Below, one piece after another: positions 1 through 10,454 of a stretch of 64,000 nt of DNA. The stretch comes from Anaerohalosphaeraceae bacterium (GTDB lineage: Bacteria > Planctomycetota > Phycisphaerae > Sedimentisphaerales > Anaerohalosphaeraceae): contig CAXXSL010000011.1 in assembly GCA_963675525.2 (NCBI GenBank), forward strand, positions 416,001-480,000, in the 5' to 3' direction. The notes beneath the pieces were generated by a model. The model had not been told where the DNA came from. It worked only from the letters and a program-made list of their open reading frames with translations, and ran no database searches. A program made the position numbers and the translations under genes. How positions within the stretch are numbered: position 1 is the stretch's first letter; the number at the start of each line of letters is the position of its first letter.

Positions 1-697
1 TCAGTACGTGACGGCAGGAGTCAATGTCAATGCCGTCCGAACTCAAGGCGCCGCGTGGGGCCCGAATGGTAAGATGCTCGGCCCGTACATTCTCGCAGTA
101 GACAAAATGCAGATTCCAAAAAGCGGGATTCTGCAAGGTCAGTTTTTCCACCAATACATCGCGACATTCGTACAAACAGATCAGGCGAGGGCGGGTTTCC
201 AGTTCGTAGCCTTCATAGGTTTCGCCTGCACGACGGGCATTGTAGGCTTTCCACCAGGGTTGTCCGGAGCCGTCAATCGTACCGGTACCGGTCAGGGTCA
301 CATCGTGCAGGCCCCGGCCGTTAAGCAGGGCCGCGGCGTATTTACGCTCGGTACCTTCAAAGCGGGTGTCAATTTGGGGATAGTCGTTGACATCGGTTGA
401 GCCTTTGAGGATTGCTCCCGGCTCGAATTGCAGGACCACATGATCGCCTTTGATAAATAGCGCACCGCTCAGGTATGTCCCGGCCGGGAAGAGTACTGTA
501 CCGCCACCTCGTTGGGCACAGACGTCCAGGGCACGTTGTAATGCTGCGGTGTCCAGGGTTCGGCCGTCACCGGCGGCGCCGTATGTACGGATATTAATGA
601 TGTCGGATGTGAGTACGTCAGGTGTATCGGACACAGCGGACCAAGCCGTAGCACAGCACATAATGCACGCTGTGAGGGTGGGTATACGTTGGATCAT
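1..697 (-). CDS. Glycoside hydrolase family 28 (polygalacturonase-like), 3' end runs off the window
   Basis: Hand translation of minus strand from ATG 697: signal peptide, then INIRTYGAAGDGRTLDTAALQRALD..GGGTVLFPAGTYLSG, GTGTIDGSGQPWW, RPRLI, FWNLH, SDGIDIDSC. Not in the ORF track because it has no stop in the window. Confidence 0.85.
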   Translation of the reverse strand, partial: MIQRIPTLTACIMCCATAWSAVSDTPDVLTSDIINIRTYGAAGDGRTLDTAALQRALDVCAQRGGGTVLFPAGTYLSGALFIKGDHVVLQFEPGAILKGSTDVNDYPQIDTRFEGTERKYAAALLNGRGLHDVTLTGTGTIDGSGQPWWKAYNARRAGETYEGYELETRPRLICLYECRDVLVEKLTLQNPAFWNLHFVYCENVRAEHLTIRAPRGALSSDGIDIDSCRHVL

Positions 698-710
698 GGG
701 TATTACCTCG

Positions 711-2147
711 TTAGCTTTCCTTAGACAGGGGCCAATTAAGAGACTCGGTGCGAGCTGTCTTCAAATACGTTTCGATTTGCTTAATGACCTCCGGGTGTTC
801 GGCGGCGACGTTATTTTGTTCCCCGATATCCCGGGAAAGGTCGTAGAGTTCCAAGGGTTGACCGCGTTTTAGACTGAGGGCCTTCCACTTGCCCCATCGC
901 ACAGCCTGCTGGAAACCGCTTTCAAAATATTCCCAATACAGGAAGCGGTCTCCCATATTTTTTTTCTGACCGGTCAGTACGGGCATGACACTGATACCGT
1001 CAGTATTGGCAGGTACTTTCGCATGGCCCACATCTGCGACCGTGGCCATGACATCTGCAAAGTACCAGGGCATGTCACTGGTCGTGCCTGGTTTAACCGT
1101 ACCCGGCCAGCGGGCGATCATGGGCACGCGAATGCCGCCCTCATACAGGTCACGCTTATAACCGCGCAACGGGCCGTTGGAGTCAAAGAAGTTGGAAACT
1201 TCGGTCTGAATCTCGCGGGGTTCGGAACGCGGGCCATTGTCCGAACAGAATAGGACGAGCGTATTTTCATCAAGCCCCATGTCTTGGATCGATTGCATCA
1301 GTCGCTCGATGTTTTGATCCAGACGGTGGATCATAGCCGCATAAATCTTGCAATGCTGGGGCCAGTTCATGTCTCTGTACGGCCCCAGATCCGGTACTTC
1401 CAGGGGGCTGTGCGGATTGTTGTAGGCCAGATACAGGAAGAAAGGGGCTTTCTTGTTCTTCTTTAAAAAGGCAATCGCCTCATCCGTACATAGATCAGTG
1501 GTGTAGCGCTGTTGTTGACCATTTGCATTTTCCGGGACATCGACCAATTCTCGATCGATCACGCGCTGTTCCGGATAATACCCGCCTGTACGTGCGGCAT
1601 TGATGAGCCAACCACTAAATTCGTCGAAGCCGCGGTCCATGGGACCTGCCTTGGGGTCATAGGCGCCTAAGTGCCACTTACCGACAATGCCGGTTCGATA
1701 GCCGGCCTGCTGCATGACGTGACCGATCGTGATATCCTCATCGGTCAGGCACACACGCCGCACCTGGCGCGTACCCTTGTAGCCAACAACCCCGCCCACC
1801 GGACACATATTGCCGCGCACGCGCGTATGGCCCGTGTGTTGGCCGGTCATGAGCACACTGCGAGACGGCGCGCAGATCGTTGAGCCCGAATAACAGTCTG
1901 TAAAACGGATCCCTTCCCGGGCCAGTTTATCGATGTTCGGCGTCGCCATGCGCTGCTGCCCATAGCAGCCCAGGTCACCATAGCCCATGTCGTCGGCCAT
2001 CACAAAGATGATATTAGGTCGATTTCCTGCCTCATCCGCCTTCGTAAATCTTATGGGCAGGGCCATGACGGCGGTCCCCCAAACCATCTGCTGCAGGAAG
2101 CGGCGTCGATCCGAAATATGTGCTGGGTCATGCATGTCAACCTCCAT
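711..2147 (-). CDS. Arylsulfatase (formylglycine-dependent sulfatase), Tat-exported
   Basis: PNIIFVMADDMGYGD, CAPSRSVLMTG (CxPxR), GKWHLG; RRRFL twin-arginine signal. Confidence 0.93.
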   Translation of the reverse strand: MEVDMHDPAHISDRRRFLQQMVWGTAVMALPIRFTKADEAGNRPNIIFVMADDMGYGDLGCYGQQRMATPNIDKLAREGIRFTDCYSGSTICAPSRSVLMTGQHTGHTRVRGNMCPVGGVVGYKGTRQVRRVCLTDEDITIGHVMQQAGYRTGIVGKWHLGAYDPKAGPMDRGFDEFSGWLINAARTGGYYPEQRVIDRELVDVPENANGQQQRYTTDLCTDEAIAFLKKNKKAPFFLYLAYNNPHSPLEVPDLGPYRDMNWPQHCKIYAAMIHRLDQNIERLMQSIQDMGLDENTLVLFCSDNGPRSEPREIQTEVSNFFDSNGPLRGYKRDLYEGGIRVPMIARWPGTVKPGTTSDMPWYFADVMATVADVGHAKVPANTDGISVMPVLTGQKKNMGDRFLYWEYFESGFQQAVRWGKWKALSLKRGQPLELYDLSRDIGEQNNVAAEHPEVIKQIETYLKTARTESLNWPLSKES

Positions 2148-2239
2148 CTATATTTAATATGTACATACAAAAACTATATGCCATGCAGGGTAATCACCCA
2201 CGCCCTGAAATTCAAGGTCATTTTAGGAGAGATGAATGA

Positions 2240-2273
2240 AAAAGCACGGTCTGACCTTGTCAGGCCGTGCTTT
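2240..2273. terminator. Hairpin resembling an intrinsic terminator in the divergent intergenic region
   Basis: AAAGCACGGTCTGAC-CTT-GTCAGGCCGTGCTTT inverted repeat. Confidence 0.4.
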
Positions 2274-2324
2274 CTTATTATCTGAACCACTCCTGCCTCG
2301 AAAAATTGCCCTTCCAAATCCCCC

Positions 2325-2352
2325 TTGCCCTTTGAGGGCAATCGAGTATAAT
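2325..2352 (+). promoter_or_regulatory. Sigma70-type promoter of the leuS operon
   Basis: TTGCCC-16 nt-TATAAT about 60 nt upstream of the leuS ATG. Confidence 0.55.
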
Positions 2353-2410
2353 GTGTTTTTTATTAAGCAAAAAGACACGACAACAACAATTTAACGAGAT
2401 ATGACACACT

Positions 2411-4966
2411 ATGGATGCGATTGAAAAGGGACGCTACGATTTTAACGCCATCGAGCCTAAATGGCAGAACGTCTGGCAGACAAACAAGACATTTAAAACG
2501 CCGGACACCTCGGACAAACCCAAATACTACGTGCTGGACATGTTCCCGTACCCATCCGGGGCGGGCCTGCATGTCGGCCATCCGGAAGGCTACACCGCCA
2601 GCGACATCGTCAGCCGCTACAAACGGATGCGGGGCTTTAACGTACTGCACCCGATGGGCTGGGATGCATTCGGCCTGCCCGCCGAGCAATATGCCGTTCA
2701 AACCGGCACGCACCCGGCCGTTACCACGCAAAAAAACATCGACAACATGCGCCGCCAGATTCAGTCGCTGGGCTTTTCCTACGACTGGGACCGCGAGGTC
2801 AACACCACCGACGTTAACTATGTTAGATGGACACAGTGGATTTTTCTGAAATTCTTCAATAGCTGGTTCGATGATGAGCAGCAAAAGGCACGACCGATTG
2901 ACGAGTTGCCGATACCGGACGGACTAAACGGCCAGGCAAAAGAAAAATACATCCGGGACCACCGCCTTGCCTATGAATCCGAAGCGCCGGTCAACTGGTG
3001 TCCTGCGTTGGGCACGGTACTGGCCAATGAAGAAGTTATCGGCGGCGTGAGCGAACGCGGCGGCCATCCGGTCATCCGCAAACCCATGCGGCAGTGGATG
3101 CTCCGCATTACAAAATACACCGAACGCCTGCTGGACGGGCTGGACAAGTTGGACTGGTCACCATCGATCAAAAAACTACAATCTGACTGGATCGGCAAGA
3201 GCATTGGCGCCGAAGTCGATTTCAAACTCGACGGCCGCGATGAGGTGATTCGTGTGTTCACGACCCGCCCGGACACATTGTTCGGTGCGACCTATATGGT
3301 CATGGCACCGGAACACAATCTCGTCGATGAAATCACAACCGATGAATACAAAGCCAAAGTCGAAGCGTACAAGGAAACCGCGTCGAAGAAAAGCGACATG
3401 GACCGCACTGATCTGGCCAAGGACAAATCCGGCCAATTCACCGGGGCCTATGCAATTAATCCGGTCAACGGCGAAAAGATTCCCATCTGGATCAGCGACT
3501 ATGTGCTCATCAGCTACGGAACCGGTGCCATCATGGCCGTACCTGCGCATGACGAACGCGACTTTGAATTCGCCACGAAGTTTGAGCTGCCGATTATTCA
3601 GGTTGTCCAGCCGGAGAATCCCGACGACGCCAAGTTGTGTCAGGAAGGCAAGTTGTGTTTTGCCGGCGATGGAACCGCTATCAACTCCGGCAAGTTTACC
3701 GGATTGAAAACACCCGAATTCAAAGAAAAAATCGCCACATGGCTGACCGAAAAGAATCTTGGTAAAAAGGCCGTCAACTATAAATTGCGTGACTGGCTGT
3801 TCAGCCGCCAGCGATATTGGGGCGAACCGTTCCCTATTCTGCATACCGAAGACGGCCGGGTGATTGCACTGGATGAAAGCGAATTGCCGCTTCAGTTGCC
3901 CGCTCTGGAAGACTACAAGCCGTCCGAATCCGGCGAGCCGCCATTGGCGAAAGCAACCGACTGGGTTAATGTCACACTGCCCGACGGCACGAAGGCCAGA
4001 CGCGAAACGAATACCATGCCGCAATGGGCCGGAAGCTGCTGGTACTACCTGCGGTATATGGACCCGAAGAACCCCGACGCACCGGTCAATTTTGAAAAGC
4101 AGAAATACTGGCTGCCCATTGACCTGTACATCGGCGGCGCCGAACACGCGGTATTGCACCTCTTGTACTCCCGCTTCTGGCACAAACTGCTGTTCGACCT
4201 GGGCTACGTCACCACGCAGGAACCGTATCAAAAGCTCATCAATCAGGGTATGATTCTCGGTTCGGACAACCAGAAGATGAGCAAGTCCCGCGGAAACGTT
4301 ATTAATCCCGACGATGTTGTGAACCAATACGGGGCCGATTCGATGCGGCTGTATGAAATGTTCATGGGGCCTTTGGAAGCGACGAAACCGTGGTCGATGA
4401 ATGGCGTCGAAGGCGTCCACCGCTTCCTGCAGCGTGTGTGGCGCATGATTATCGATACCGAAACCGGTAACGTGATGGACTGTGTAAAGGAAACGCAAGC
4501 CGACGAAGCGACACTGCGTATTTTGCATCAGACGATCAAAAAGGTAACCGAAGACATCGACGGATTCGCGTTTAATACCGCCATCAGCCAGATGATGATT
4601 TTTATCAATCATATGAGCAAACAGGAAACGCGCTCCAAAGACGTGATCGAAAAATTCGTACGAATCCTGTCGCCGTTTGCCCCGCATATCGCCGAAGAGC
4701 TCTGGCAGAAACTGGGCCACGATGAATCTCTGGCATATCAGCCGTGGCCGGCATTTGATGCGGAGTTGACAAAAGAAAAAGAAATTGAATTGGCCGTGCA
4801 GGTACTCGGCAAAATCAAGGACAAGATCACCATCGCCGCTGATGCAAGCGAAGAGCAGATTAAAGCATTGGCACTGGCCAGCGAAAAAGTGCAGGCAGCC
4901 ATGAACGGCAAGAAGGCCAAAAAAGTAATCGTGATCAAATCACGACTGGTCAATATCGTTGTTTAA
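2411..4966 (+). CDS. leuS: Leucine--tRNA ligase
   Basis: [14 protein letters not shown] (HIGH-type), [10 protein letters not shown] editing domain, KMSKS. Confidence 0.98.
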   Translation: MDAIEKGRYDFNAIEPKWQNVWQTNKTFKTPDTSDKPKYYVLDMFPYPSGAGLHVGHPEGYTASDIVSRYKRMRGFNVLHPMGWDAFGLPAEQYAVQTGTHPAVTTQKNIDNMRRQIQSLGFSYDWDREVNTTDVNYVRWTQWIFLKFFNSWFDDEQQKARPIDELPIPDGLNGQAKEKYIRDHRLAYESEAPVNWCPALGTVLANEEVIGGVSERGGHPVIRKPMRQWMLRITKYTERLLDGLDKLDWSPSIKKLQSDWIGKSIGAEVDFKLDGRDEVIRVFTTRPDTLFGATYMVMAPEHNLVDEITTDEYKAKVEAYKETASKKSDMDRTDLAKDKSGQFTGAYAINPVNGEKIPIWISDYVLISYGTGAIMAVPAHDERDFEFATKFELPIIQVVQPENPDDAKLCQEGKLCFAGDGTAINSGKFTGLKTPEFKEKIATWLTEKNLGKKAVNYKLRDWLFSRQRYWGEPFPILHTEDGRVIALDESELPLQLPALEDYKPSESGEPPLAKATDWVNVTLPDGTKARRETNTMPQWAGSCWYYLRYMDPKNPDAPVNFEKQKYWLPIDLYIGGAEHAVLHLLYSRFWHKLLFDLGYVTTQEPYQKLINQGMILGSDNQKMSKSRGNVINPDDVVNQYGADSMRLYEMFMGPLEATKPWSMNGVEGVHRFLQRVWRMIIDTETGNVMDCVKETQADEATLRILHQTIKKVTEDIDGFAFNTAISQMMIFINHMSKQETRSKDVIEKFVRILSPFAPHIAEELWQKLGHDESLAYQPWPAFDAELTKEKEIELAVQVLGKIKDKITIAADASEEQIKALALASEKVQAAMNGKKAKKVIVIKSRLVNIVV

Positions 4967-5021
4967 TGACGTATTTTTGAGAAGAACGAAATCGAAGGGC
5001 GTTATTAAAAGGAAACCTATC

Positions 5022-5507
5022 ATGAAGAACCCATACGAATCAGAAACAGGCTGTTGTCCGCGGTTTGATCCTGAACCGTGGGATGAAAAAGAATTTCAAT
5101 GGCAGGATAAATTGTTTATTAAAGACAGCGTACGGTGCCTTTTTTACATACCGCTGAATTTCGGCAAGGTAATGATTCGCTGTATGGACAAAATCGAGAA
5201 GGCGGATGCGTTTACGCCGGAGCCGCCGCTGGGATTGAGCGACCATACGTCGCGGTGGAACATGGACCTTTATCTCGAAGTGACCAAGGAAGTCCCGGAC
5301 GCCGAAAACGTCAAGCTCAGCGGAACCTATTTGTCAAAGGTTTTTGAGGGTCCGTATAAAGACACGCGAATCTGGTGTCAACAAATGGCCGAATGGGTAA
5401 ACGCACAAGGCAAGGAAATCAAAAAGCATTTAATGTATTATACAACGTGCCCGAAGTGTGCCAAACATTACGGCAAAAATTATGTTGTGTACTTTGCGCA
5501 GGTGTAG
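5022..5507 (+). CDS. Conserved hypothetical protein (possibly GyrI-like fold) with CC and CPKC motifs
   Basis: ORF 4959..5507; ATG 5022 preferred (AAAGGA upstream, no overlap with leuS); GCCPRFDP...YYTTCPKCAK. Confidence 0.7.
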   Translation: MKNPYESETGCCPRFDPEPWDEKEFQWQDKLFIKDSVRCLFYIPLNFGKVMIRCMDKIEKADAFTPEPPLGLSDHTSRWNMDLYLEVTKEVPDAENVKLSGTYLSKVFEGPYKDTRIWCQQMAEWVNAQGKEIKKHLMYYTTCPKCAKHYGKNYVVYFAQV

Positions 5508-5527
5508 TTATTTAAAATAGGCCGTCT

Positions 5528-6076
5528 ATGCCGGTAAAAATTAATCACGAAATAGAAGCAAAAATCAAAGTACCCGCTCTTGGGCCGGTCGCTGACACGC
5601 TCAAAGAGCTTGGCGCCGAGCCCCTGCATGAAGCTCGTCAGGTCGATACCTATTTTATGGACCTGCACAAACTGCTGCACAAAAATGACTGCGGCTTGCG
5701 AATCCGTCAGGAGACTGTTGGTACTCAACAAACGGCAATGATCACCTTCAAAGGCGCACGAGACAAAGGAAAATACAAATCTCGGCCGGAATACGAGACC
5801 GGCATCAGCGATGTGGCTTCTATGGAGAAGATATTTGAGTCCTTGGGTTACACCAAACGCATCACACTCGAAAAAACCCGTTCGGTCTGGCAACTCGATT
5901 GCTGTTGCGTCTGCCTGGATGAACTGTCCCGCTTGGGCTGCTTTGTCGAGGTCGAAGGTCCTGACGAAAATACCATCACAGACGTATTGACAAAGCTGGG
6001 CCTGCAGGACGAACCGCATATTTCAAAAGGCTATGCCTCGATGATGGCCCACAAACTGAAACTGGAAGGCAAGTAG
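5528..6076 (+). CDS. cyaB: CYTH-domain protein (class IV adenylate cyclase-like)
   Basis: EIEAK N-terminal motif, QVDTYF, LRIR, ITFKG, EYET, FVEVEG. Confidence 0.85.
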   Translation: MPVKINHEIEAKIKVPALGPVADTLKELGAEPLHEARQVDTYFMDLHKLLHKNDCGLRIRQETVGTQQTAMITFKGARDKGKYKSRPEYETGISDVASMEKIFESLGYTKRITLEKTRSVWQLDCCCVCLDELSRLGCFVEVEGPDENTITDVLTKLGLQDEPHISKGYASMMAHKLKLEGK

Positions 6077-6083
6077 AAACAAG

Positions 6084-7028
6084 ATGGATCCTAAAGACGG
6101 ATATATCCAATATATTGTCAATCCCAAGTCCGGGGCCAGCAGCGGCAAACACCTGGTCACTCAACTGAAGGATTACCTGATCGAAAAAGGCTACGATGTC
6201 CGGGTCGAACTGACCGAATCACTAAATCATGCCTGTGATCTGGCAACCCAGGCGGCCGTGGATTTTCAATGCGCGCTGGTGGTCGCCGCTGGCGGCGACG
6301 GAACCATTCGCGAAGTTCTGCATGGGCTCGAAGGCAGCAACAAACTGTTCCTGCCGATCCCCTGCGGCACTGAAAACCTGCTGGCCAACGAACTGGGGTT
6401 CGACCTGAATATCGAAACCCTCATTCGTGCCTTCGAAGGCAGCACCATCCGCCCACTGGACCTGGGCACCGCCAACGAAAGGTGTTTTACCTCCGTCATT
6501 GGCTTCGGCTTTGACGGACAGGTCATCCACCGCATCAGCGCCATCCGCACCGGCCACATCAGTCACCTGTTCTATTTCTGGCCCATTTGGCGAACTTTCT
6601 GGGAATACACCTTCCCATCCATGAAGGTTATCGCCGACGGCAAAGAAATATTCAACGGCCCGGGGCTGATCTTTGTCGGCAATATTTCCCGCTATGCCAT
6701 CGGGCTGAGCATCTGTAAGGACGCTGACTTCGGTGACGGCCTTCTGGATATATGCATCTTCCGCTGTCATGGACAACTGCCGCTGATGATGCACGCCGTC
6801 AAAGCGGTCGTGAAGAAACATACTAAGTGCAAAAATGTTATTTATACACAAGCCGCCTCCATTCGGGTCGAATCGGCCGATGAACCGATCTACAGCCAGA
6901 TTGACGGTGACCCCGGCCCGGCAATGCCCGTCGATATCAAGGTCATCCCGCAAGCCATTCGCGTCTTGGTTCCGCCGGGGGCCAAACCCGCGGGGATTCG
7001 AACACGCTTGCGAAGAATGATCGGATAA
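6084..7028 (+). CDS. Diacylglycerol/lipid kinase family protein
   Basis: IVNPKSG, AAGGDGT, PCGTENLLA, QIDGD. Confidence 0.9.
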   Translation: MDPKDGYIQYIVNPKSGASSGKHLVTQLKDYLIEKGYDVRVELTESLNHACDLATQAAVDFQCALVVAAGGDGTIREVLHGLEGSNKLFLPIPCGTENLLANELGFDLNIETLIRAFEGSTIRPLDLGTANERCFTSVIGFGFDGQVIHRISAIRTGHISHLFYFWPIWRTFWEYTFPSMKVIADGKEIFNGPGLIFVGNISRYAIGLSICKDADFGDGLLDICIFRCHGQLPLMMHAVKAVVKKHTKCKNVIYTQAASIRVESADEPIYSQIDGDPGPAMPVDIKVIPQAIRVLVPPGAKPAGIRTRLRRMIG

Positions 7029-7052
7029 TCAAATTTTCAAAAAGGCTAAATA

Positions 7053-7874
7053 ATGAGCAGTTTTCAGATCGGAGAGATTCAAGTCGGGCTTAAGGGTGAT
7101 TTTTTCATCATCGCCGGACCGTGTGTCATTGAAAGTCAATCGCTCTGCGAGCAGATCGCCGAGTTTCTGGTGGACCTCCAAAAAAGGTCCGGCGTCAAGT
7201 GCGTTTTCAAGGCCAGTTTCGACAAGGCCAATCGCACCAGCATCGAAAGCTTCCGCGGGCCGGGACTGGAAAAGGGATTAAAGATTCTCGACGGTATCCG
7301 CGAAAAAACCGGCCTGCCGATTTTGACTGACGTTCATGAGGCCGCGCAGGCTAAAGCTGTCGGCCAAGTGGTTGACTGCCTTCAAATCCCGGCGTTCCTG
7401 TGCCGCCAGACTGACCTGCTGGTCGCCTGCGGCAAGACGGGTAAACCGGTCAACATCAAAAAGGGCCAGTTCGTCAGTCCAGATGAAATGAAAAACTGCG
7501 TCGGCAAAGTGCGTTCCACCGGCAACGAAAAAATCCTGCTGACCGAACGCGGCACATTCTTCGGCTACAATCGACTGGTCAATGACATGACCACCATCCC
7601 CGCCATGCAGCAATTGGGCTGCCCCGTCGTGTTTGACACGACCCACAGCACCCAGCGTCCCGGCGGACTGGGAAACGCCAGTGCCGGAATGCCCGACATG
7701 GCCCCGGTCCTCGCCAGAGCCGCCGTCGCCGCAGGTGCCAACGCCCTGTTCATGGAAATCCACTCCGACCCGGCTAATGCGCTTTGTGATGCGGCCTGTA
7801 TGCTGGCTCTTGAAAACGTTCCGCCGCTGGTCGAATCCTGTAAACAAATTTTCGATATCGTTCAAAACCGGTAA
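7053..7874 (+). CDS. kdsA: 3-deoxy-8-phosphooctulonate (KDO8P) synthase
   Basis: IAGPCVIE, KASFDKANRTS, QIPAFLCRQTD, KKGQF, ERG. Confidence 0.96.
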   Translation: MSSFQIGEIQVGLKGDFFIIAGPCVIESQSLCEQIAEFLVDLQKRSGVKCVFKASFDKANRTSIESFRGPGLEKGLKILDGIREKTGLPILTDVHEAAQAKAVGQVVDCLQIPAFLCRQTDLLVACGKTGKPVNIKKGQFVSPDEMKNCVGKVRSTGNEKILLTERGTFFGYNRLVNDMTTIPAMQQLGCPVVFDTTHSTQRPGGLGNASAGMPDMAPVLARAAVAAGANALFMEIHSDPANALCDAACMLALENVPPLVESCKQIFDIVQNR

Positions 7875-7882
7875 TCACCACG

Positions 7883-8818
7883 ATGACAAATACAGCCTAC
7901 CACTATTTGTTCGGCCCCGTGCCCTCCCGCAGACTGGGACGCAGTCTGGGCGTAGACATTGTGCCGATGAAGACCTGCACCCAAAACTGCATCTACTGCC
8001 AACTCGGCAAAGACGCCCCGCAGGCGATCGAACGCAAAGAATATGTCCCCATCGATGCCGTACTTGATGAACTGAAACGTAAGATCGCCGAAGGTCTCGA
8101 AACCGACGTCGTCACCATCAGCGGTTCCGGCGAACCAACCCTCAACAGTGGACTCGGCAAACTCATCGACGGGATCAAACAACTCATCGATGCCCCCGTC
8201 GTTGTCATCACCAACGGCACCCTGCTGAGCTGGGTCGATGTCCGGAAGGACTGCGCTAAAGCCGATATCGTCATGCCATCACTGGACGCCGGAGACCCCG
8301 AAACCTTCGAAACGATGAACCACCCGCATCCGGATATTGACTTTGATGTCTTCGTCGAAGGGCTGTGCCGGTTTCGACAGGAATACAGCGGACCCATCTG
8401 GCTGGAGGTCTTTTTCTGTGAAGGCATCAATACGGACCCAGAATCTATTCGGAAAATAAAAGAACAAATCACCCGTATAAGCCCCAACAAGATTCAACTC
8501 AACACCTCGGTTCGTCCGGTCACTCACTCCGAAGCGGCCCGCGTCAGCCCGGAAAAAATGAACGAGATCGCCCAACAGCTTGGGGATTCGGTCGAAGTGA
8601 TCGCCGATTTTTCCAAACACGTCAGCGACACCCCCCTGGCCGACGAAAAACAGGCCATCCTCGATATGCTCCGCCGGAGACCCTGTTCGCTGGACAACAT
8701 CTGCGACGGATTGGGCATCCATCCTGCCGCCGCCCTGAAAGCAGTTCAGCAGCTTTTGGAGGCATCACGGATCGAAGCGGAACAAAAAAATCAGATAACA
8801 TTCTACAAAACCCGATAA
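7883..8818 (+). CDS. Radical SAM protein with probable C-terminal HTH
   Basis: FGPVPSRRLGRSLG, CTQNCIYC (CxxxCxxC), SGSGEPTL. Confidence 0.88.
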   Translation: MTNTAYHYLFGPVPSRRLGRSLGVDIVPMKTCTQNCIYCQLGKDAPQAIERKEYVPIDAVLDELKRKIAEGLETDVVTISGSGEPTLNSGLGKLIDGIKQLIDAPVVVITNGTLLSWVDVRKDCAKADIVMPSLDAGDPETFETMNHPHPDIDFDVFVEGLCRFRQEYSGPIWLEVFFCEGINTDPESIRKIKEQITRISPNKIQLNTSVRPVTHSEAARVSPEKMNEIAQQLGDSVEVIADFSKHVSDTPLADEKQAILDMLRRRPCSLDNICDGLGIHPAAALKAVQQLLEASRIEAEQKNQITFYKTR

Positions 8819-9063
8819 AATAACCGCTGCATCCTCTTTTTTTTACTATATTGCCACGGCTTGTTATGGGACGAATCAAAAACACCCCCTGTTTGAGCAC
8901 TTTTTCTAATTTCTTTTTAAGGACTTTGAGTTATCGGTCGATATAAAAGGTAAGGAAATTCGCTCTGCGAGACATTTCTTTGCATTTTTGAGCGTGACTT
9001 ACGCAGAAACGTTAATTTTCTCCCGGTTGAAACAGGAACAGGATTTTTACTTTCAGGTATCCC

Positions 9064-9315
9064 ATGGAAGAGATTAAGAAACAACTTGTTTTGAACAAAG
9101 GTTCGGAAAAATATATTTTCCGTTATGATAAAGGCTGTGAAGGTCAATTGCTGGATGCACTGGTCGCAACCGCAACGGACAACAAAACGGATTTTGACTG
9201 GTTTGATGCGGCAGTTCTGAGCTTTAAGCTGACCCAGTCACTGATCCACCAGGCCGATGAGCTTTTGTATAAGGACTTAAACGATCCTCTGCAGACGTAT
9301 GAGCAGGGATATTAA
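9064..9315 (+). CDS. Small hypothetical protein upstream of xerC
   Basis: 83-aa ORF with CAGG upstream, protein-like composition (FDWFDAAVLSF), fills the gap before xerC. Confidence 0.7.
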   Translation: MEEIKKQLVLNKGSEKYIFRYDKGCEGQLLDALVATATDNKTDFDWFDAAVLSFKLTQSLIHQADELLYKDLNDPLQTYEQGY

Positions 9316-9380
9316 TTTTTCAGGCCCTTACAGCCTGTCGTATCCGAAGTTCCACTATTGATGTAAAGAAGGGAATTGTC

Positions 9381-10382
9381 ATGGACAACTCAGCGGTCAT
9401 TCAGGAATTTTTAAGCTATTTAAACTACGAGAAACACTTTTCCGCTCATACCTCAAAATGCTATGGAGCGGATTTGGCTCAATTTGTCACATTTATTACC
9501 GAGCACAGCCATTCAGGGGAACCGGCCAGCCATGACGACCATCAGAGTCCATGGAATGGTTCCGGGGCCACCGCGACTCAGACCCAAACCGACGTTCAGA
9601 TCGACAAGCTTTTGCTGGACGTCGATGTCAACACCATTCGGCGCTTTATGGGTGTTCTGTCACAGCAGCAATACTCCAAGTCCACCACCGCACGCAAGTT
9701 GGCGACGCTCCGAAGCTTTTACAAGTTTCTCGTCAAACGCGATTATGTGTCAAGCAACCCCGTTACCAGCATTAAAACCCCCAAGCAGGAAAAAAGACTG
9801 CCGAAGTTCCTCGAATACGAACAGGTCCAGCGCCTGCTGAACACCCCGCCGGCCAATACCTGGCTGGGAGCCAGAGACCGCTCCATCATGGAGGTCCTCT
9901 ACAGCACCGGGATGCGGGTCAGTGAACTGGTAGCGCTGAATTTAGATGACATCGATTTTCTGAGCGAAGTCATTCACATTCGCGGAAAAGGCAAAAAAGA
10001 ACGCATCAGTCCCATCGGGTCCAGTGCCCTGCGGTCCATTCAATCCTACATCGAGTTCCGCAACAAACGAATGGCCAACGACCCCGCCTTCGACCACAAG
10101 GTGCTTTTTGCCAATAAACACGGCAAACGGCTCAGTACCCGCAGTGTCCGACGAAAAATGGATAAATATCTCATCGAAGCGGGCCTCGACCCGGCCATCA
10201 GCCCCCACACGCTCCGGCACAGCTTTGCAACGCACATGCTCAACAACGGCGCTGACCTGCGAAGCGTCCAGGAACTGCTCGGCCATCAGTCGCTGTCAAC
10301 CACCCAGATCTACACCCATATATCGACCAGCCAGATGAACGAACAGTATCACAACGCCCACCCCATGGAAAACCAACAATAA
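9381..10382 (+). CDS. xerC: Tyrosine recombinase XerC
   Basis: STGMRVSEL, GKGKKER, HTLRHSFATHML, VQELLGH, TTQIYTH; housekeeping context. Confidence 0.9.
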   Translation: MDNSAVIQEFLSYLNYEKHFSAHTSKCYGADLAQFVTFITEHSHSGEPASHDDHQSPWNGSGATATQTQTDVQIDKLLLDVDVNTIRRFMGVLSQQQYSKSTTARKLATLRSFYKFLVKRDYVSSNPVTSIKTPKQEKRLPKFLEYEQVQRLLNTPPANTWLGARDRSIMEVLYSTGMRVSELVALNLDDIDFLSEVIHIRGKGKKERISPIGSSALRSIQSYIEFRNKRMANDPAFDHKVLFANKHGKRLSTRSVRRKMDKYLIEAGLDPAISPHTLRHSFATHMLNNGADLRSVQELLGHQSLSTTQIYTHISTSQMNEQYHNAHPMENQQ

Positions 10383-10403
10383 GAGTCGACCGACTTTCTA
10401 AAC

Positions 10404-10437
10404 AAAAAAAAGCCCGCTCTCAAAGCGGGCTTTTTTT
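10404..10437. terminator. Bidirectional intrinsic terminator between convergent genes
   Basis: A8-GCCCGCT-loop-AGCGGGC-T7. Confidence 0.85.
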
Positions 10438-10454
10438 ATACTTAAAACAAAAGA

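Noticed and set aside
2280..2410. T-box leader before leuS (also considered for valS)
   Set aside because: Leader is too short and has no T-box consensus; the valS upstream region is occupied by REP-like repeats.
9381..10382. Tyrosine recombinase as integrase of a prophage or island
   Set aside because: Typical XerC motifs, housekeeping neighbours, no att repeats, tRNA or phage genes.
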